The translations under genes and the position numbers were made by a program. Under the pieces are notes generated by a model, which did no database searches, was not told the origin of the DNA, and saw only the letters and a program-made list of their open reading frames with translations. Positions 34,307 through 37,393 of a stretch of 37,393 nt of DNA are shown here, in pieces (the stretch's first letter is position 1; each line of letters starts with the position of its first letter). Origin of the DNA: Candidatus Nanopelagicales bacterium (lineage in GTDB: Bacteria; Actinomycetota; Actinomycetes; S36-B12; UBA10799); contig JBIRBF010000003.1 in NCBI GenBank assembly GCA_044326505.1, positions 1 to 37,393 of the forward strand, in the 5' to 3' direction.

Positions 34307-35317
34307 ATGTCCGCGACCACGGCCCCTCCGCCAATCCCGGGTGAACCGATAGACCCGACGCCCAAGGAGGCGCCCAAGAAGGTCCGCGAGCTCGATGCCC
34401 AAGGCGGCAAGGTCAGCGCCACCGTCGGCGTGGGGTATCGCGCGCTCAATCGGTTCTCCAACGCCAAGGCCTCGCTGCTGGCCGCCGGGACGACCTATTA
34501 CATGTTCCTAGCCATGTTCGCCCTGCTCGCCTTCGGTTATGGGCTGGCGGCGACGTTCGGCTCCGAGGAAGTGTCGAACTACCTGACCGAGGCGCTCGGC
34601 GAGGCCTTCCCGGGTCTGGTGGGCGCCAACGGCATCGACCCGGCCCAGCTGAAGGCCGTGGGACAGGCGACGTCGCTTATCGGCCTCGTGGGTTTGCTCT
34701 ACGGTGGACTCGGGGCCGTATCTGCCGCCAGCGACTCGTTGCACCTGATTTACGGGGCGCCGAAGGACTCGCGCAACTTCATCGTCGCCAAGGTACGGTA
34801 CGCGGGCTGGCTGGTAGTGCTCGCGCTGATGATCCTGCTCTCCTTCGTCGCCTCGAGCTTCACCACGAGCATCTCGACCAAACTGGCCAGTGCCCTGGGG
34901 ATCCAGTGGGACGGCCCGGCACTGCCGCTCCAGCTGGCCACTATCGTCTTCACCGTCGCGTTCGACTTCGCCGTCGTCTACCTGATCCTGGCCAACCTCG
35001 GCGGCATCCGACCGGCCCGTCTTCCGCTGGTGATCGGCTCGCTCATCGGCATGGTGCTGATCGAACTGCTCAAACTGCTCATGTCGACCCTCATCGCTTT
35101 CACGGTGGCCAAGCCGCAATACGGGGCGCTGGCCGCACCGATCGGAATCCTGTTCGTGCTCTTCCTGCAGTCGATGACGCTGTACGGGGCCGCATCGCTC
35201 ACGGCGGGCATCGCAGACAGGGACGTCCCGCTTGAGGTGCTCGAGAGCAGCTCAACCGCCGAGGCCCAGGACGCAGCCGAGGATGCCGCCGAAGAGATCA
35301 CCACCAAGGGCACCTGA
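34307..35317 (+). CDS. YihY / virulence factor BrkB family membrane protein
   Basis: LAAGTTYYMFLAMF, multiple TM helices, YGALAAPIGIL; ATG 34307 after GGAG. Confidence 0.85.
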   Translation: MSATTAPPPIPGEPIDPTPKEAPKKVRELDAQGGKVSATVGVGYRALNRFSNAKASLLAAGTTYYMFLAMFALLAFGYGLAATFGSEEVSNYLTEALGEAFPGLVGANGIDPAQLKAVGQATSLIGLVGLLYGGLGAVSAASDSLHLIYGAPKDSRNFIVAKVRYAGWLVVLALMILLSFVASSFTTSISTKLASALGIQWDGPALPLQLATIVFTVAFDFAVVYLILANLGGIRPARLPLVIGSLIGMVLIELLKLLMSTLIAFTVAKPQYGALAAPIGILFVLFLQSMTLYGAASLTAGIADRDVPLEVLESSSTAEAQDAAEDAAEEITTKGT

Positions 35318-35344
35318 CACCCCGAGGGTTCGACCGTCAACCGG

Positions 35345-36904
35345 CTACGACGGGGTCCGGCCACCGTCTCCAGGGAACTCCACGGCAGCGTGGCCGTCCA
35401 CACCGTAGAACTGAACATCAGTCGGCGGTGCCGGGAACTCCGTCTGCACCGGAACGCGATGGATCTGCCAGCCCATGAGGTCGTAGAAGAACGACACCAG
35501 CGGGTTGATCCAGTTGAAGAAGGCGAACGGCAGGTACGCGATCGTCGCGACATTCAGCACGCCTGCGGCGTAGGCGCCACAGGAGTTCCACGGCACCAGC
35601 ACCGATGTCACCGTCGCGGTGTCCTCGATCTGCCGGGACAGGCACTGTGGCGCGATGCCGCGCTGCTCGAAGTCCTGCTTGTAGATATTGCCCGTGAGCA
35701 CGATGGCGAGGTACTGCTCCGCGGCCACCACGTTCACGCCGATCGCTGTTGCACCGGTCGCCCCCATCACGGCGCGGGGGCTCTTGGCGCGGCGGCGCAG
35801 CGGCTCGATGAGCCGGCCCAGGAAGCCGCAATAGTTCATGATTCCGCCGAAGGTGAGCGCGGCCACGATCAGCCAGACCGTGTTGAGCATGCCCTCCATG
35901 CCGCCGCCGGACAGCAACTCGTCCACGCGGGGGACGCCGGTGTCGGCGGTGAACCCAGTCGCCATGGCCGACCAGATGCCCTTGAGCATCACCCACGGCG
36001 TGGCCAGGCCCGAATCATCGGCTACGAAGTGGCGGACCGCCTGGGGCTGCAGCACCGCCGCCAACAGCCCGGCGGTGATCGCGCCGGCCAAGACCGCGAG
36101 GACGGGGTGCACCTTTCGCACCGCGAGGCCTATCACCACGACGAGCGGGATCATGGTGAGGATGCCGGTGTTGAACTCGTAGTTGATGGCGGTCTCGGCC
36201 ACCGCCGGCGGCACCGGCGCGACGGGCTTGGCGTCCATGCCCAGGATCAGATAGATCACCAAGCTGATGATGATGCTCGGAATGGTCGTGGCCATCATCG
36301 CCCGGATGTGGGTGTATAGGTCCGTGCCCGCCACCGCCGGAGCCAGGTTGGTCGTCTCGGACAGCGGCGACATCTTGTCGCCGAAGTACGCCCCGGAGAT
36401 CACCGCCCCGGCGGCCAGGGCCGTGCTCAGACCCTGCGCCTCGGCGATGGCCACGAACGCGACGCCGAGCGTCCCCATCACTGTCCAGGAACTACCGATT
36501 CCGAGCGCCACCAGGGCGCACACGACTGCCACGGTCAAATAGAAGAAGTTGGGATTGAGGAACTTGATGCCCCACTCGGCCATCGTTGCGATCGTGCCGG
36601 ACATGTTCCAGGTGCCGATCAGGGCGCCGACCGCGAACAGGATGTAGATCGCACCCATGGCCGATCCCACGCTGTCCACGGCGGCCTTCGTCATGGCCGA
36701 CACCGAATGGCCGTTCTTGTACCCGACCAGACCGGCGATGGCGGCCGCGAAGAACATGGCGAGCTGCACCGGGCCAGCCGTGGCATCGCCGCCGAACAGC
36801 GCCACCGCCGCGACCAGGTTGATCACCAGGAACAGCAGCGGGATCAGTGCGTCGTACAGCCTCGGTGCCCGCGGCACCCGCGTCGACTTCTCGGCCTCGT
36901 CCAC
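35345..36904 (-). CDS. nhaC: NhaC-family Na+/H+ antiporter (or related organic/amino-acid antiporter)
   Basis: GSSWTVMGTLG, SGAYFGDKMSPLSETTNLA, GGGMEGM, LSRQIEDTAT, PWNSCG; GTG 36904 after GAGGGG. Confidence 0.88.
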   Translation of the reverse strand: MDEAEKSTRVPRAPRLYDALIPLLFLVINLVAAVALFGGDATAGPVQLAMFFAAAIAGLVGYKNGHSVSAMTKAAVDSVGSAMGAIYILFAVGALIGTWNMSGTIATMAEWGIKFLNPNFFYLTVAVVCALVALGIGSSWTVMGTLGVAFVAIAEAQGLSTALAAGAVISGAYFGDKMSPLSETTNLAPAVAGTDLYTHIRAMMATTIPSIIISLVIYLILGMDAKPVAPVPPAVAETAINYEFNTGILTMIPLVVVIGLAVRKVHPVLAVLAGAITAGLLAAVLQPQAVRHFVADDSGLATPWVMLKGIWSAMATGFTADTGVPRVDELLSGGGMEGMLNTVWLIVAALTFGGIMNYCGFLGRLIEPLRRRAKSPRAVMGATGATAIGVNVVAAEQYLAIVLTGNIYKQDFEQRGIAPQCLSRQIEDTATVTSVLVPWNSCGAYAAGVLNVATIAYLPFAFFNWINPLVSFFYDLMGWQIHRVPVQTEFPAPPTDVQFYGVDGHAAVEFPGDGGRTPS

Positions 36905-36953
36905 GTGGACCCCCTCGAATGGGTGTGTCCCGAGAGTATCCGGATATCCGACG

Positions 36954-37393
36954 CTATTGCCGTCTCGCAGGCGAAGACGGATCCGGGCCCATGAGCACCG
37001 AGTCACCCAGGTCATCGCGGATGATCGGGGCGACGCGGTTGGCCAGGTTGGTGAGCAGCACCGTGCGCGAAGCCTGGTTCGAGGGAGTGGGTGAACCGCC
37101 GGCCTGCACTGGTTCGAGGATCGCCCAGTCGCTGGTGTAGTGCAGCCCGCCCGAGTCGCTGCTGCCAGCGATGGGGTCGAGCTCGGAGGCACCGTAGACC
37201 GTGCGGATGGGGCAGCCGAACGCGGCCTGTGCCCGAAGCCGGCTCTGCTCGCCCATCGCCTCGCCGCCGACCTCGATGGACAGCGGCCGGATCCTCAACT
37301 CGCCACGTTCGCGTCGACGAACAGCCTCGGCCGGCCGGTCGTACCCGAGCTCGCGCAGACGAAGCACTCGCCCGGGTACGGCTGTCCGGCGCG
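36954..37393 (-). pseudogene. decayed phenylacetate-CoA ligase (PaaK-like, ANL superfamily) gene; frameshifted, internally deleted and truncated
   Basis: One frame reads FVCASSGTTGRPRLFV (P-loop) and stops at 37295-37297. Another frame reads LRIRP..GGE..YGASE..DWAILEPV..TVLLTNLANRV.PIIRDDLGD and stops at 36954. Confidence 0.75.

Overview
High-GC actinobacterial (Actinomycetota) chromosomal segment, mostly core metabolism on the minus strand. It carries pyrR-pyrB-pyrC with a PyrR-binding RNA loop, a divergent bldD orthologue, pyk, gltBD, lgt, a DsbA-family gene, trpECBA, hisDCBH-priA-hisF, hisI, ybaK and the replicative polymerase gene dnaE. A small accessory region follows (CoA-binding protein, 2TM protein, YihY/BrkB, NhaC-family antiporter, a decayed PaaK-like ligase). 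Main anomalies: (1) dnaE is broken by one in-frame TAG at a conserved Glu, although TAG is a normal stop elsewhere in the window; (2) dnaE is preceded by an exact TGTCGG-N10-TAnnnT (PafBC/RecA-NDp type) promoter motif; (3) a two-component system and a CD225/dispanin + DUF2752 pair sit inside the trp cluster; (4) BldD keeps its c-di-GMP motif and has a candidate autoregulatory box; (5) a 53-aa membrane ORF in the his operon is missing from the ORF track. I saw no mobile elements, CRISPR arrays, rRNA or tRNA genes. All family assignments come from motif recognition by eye, not database searches.
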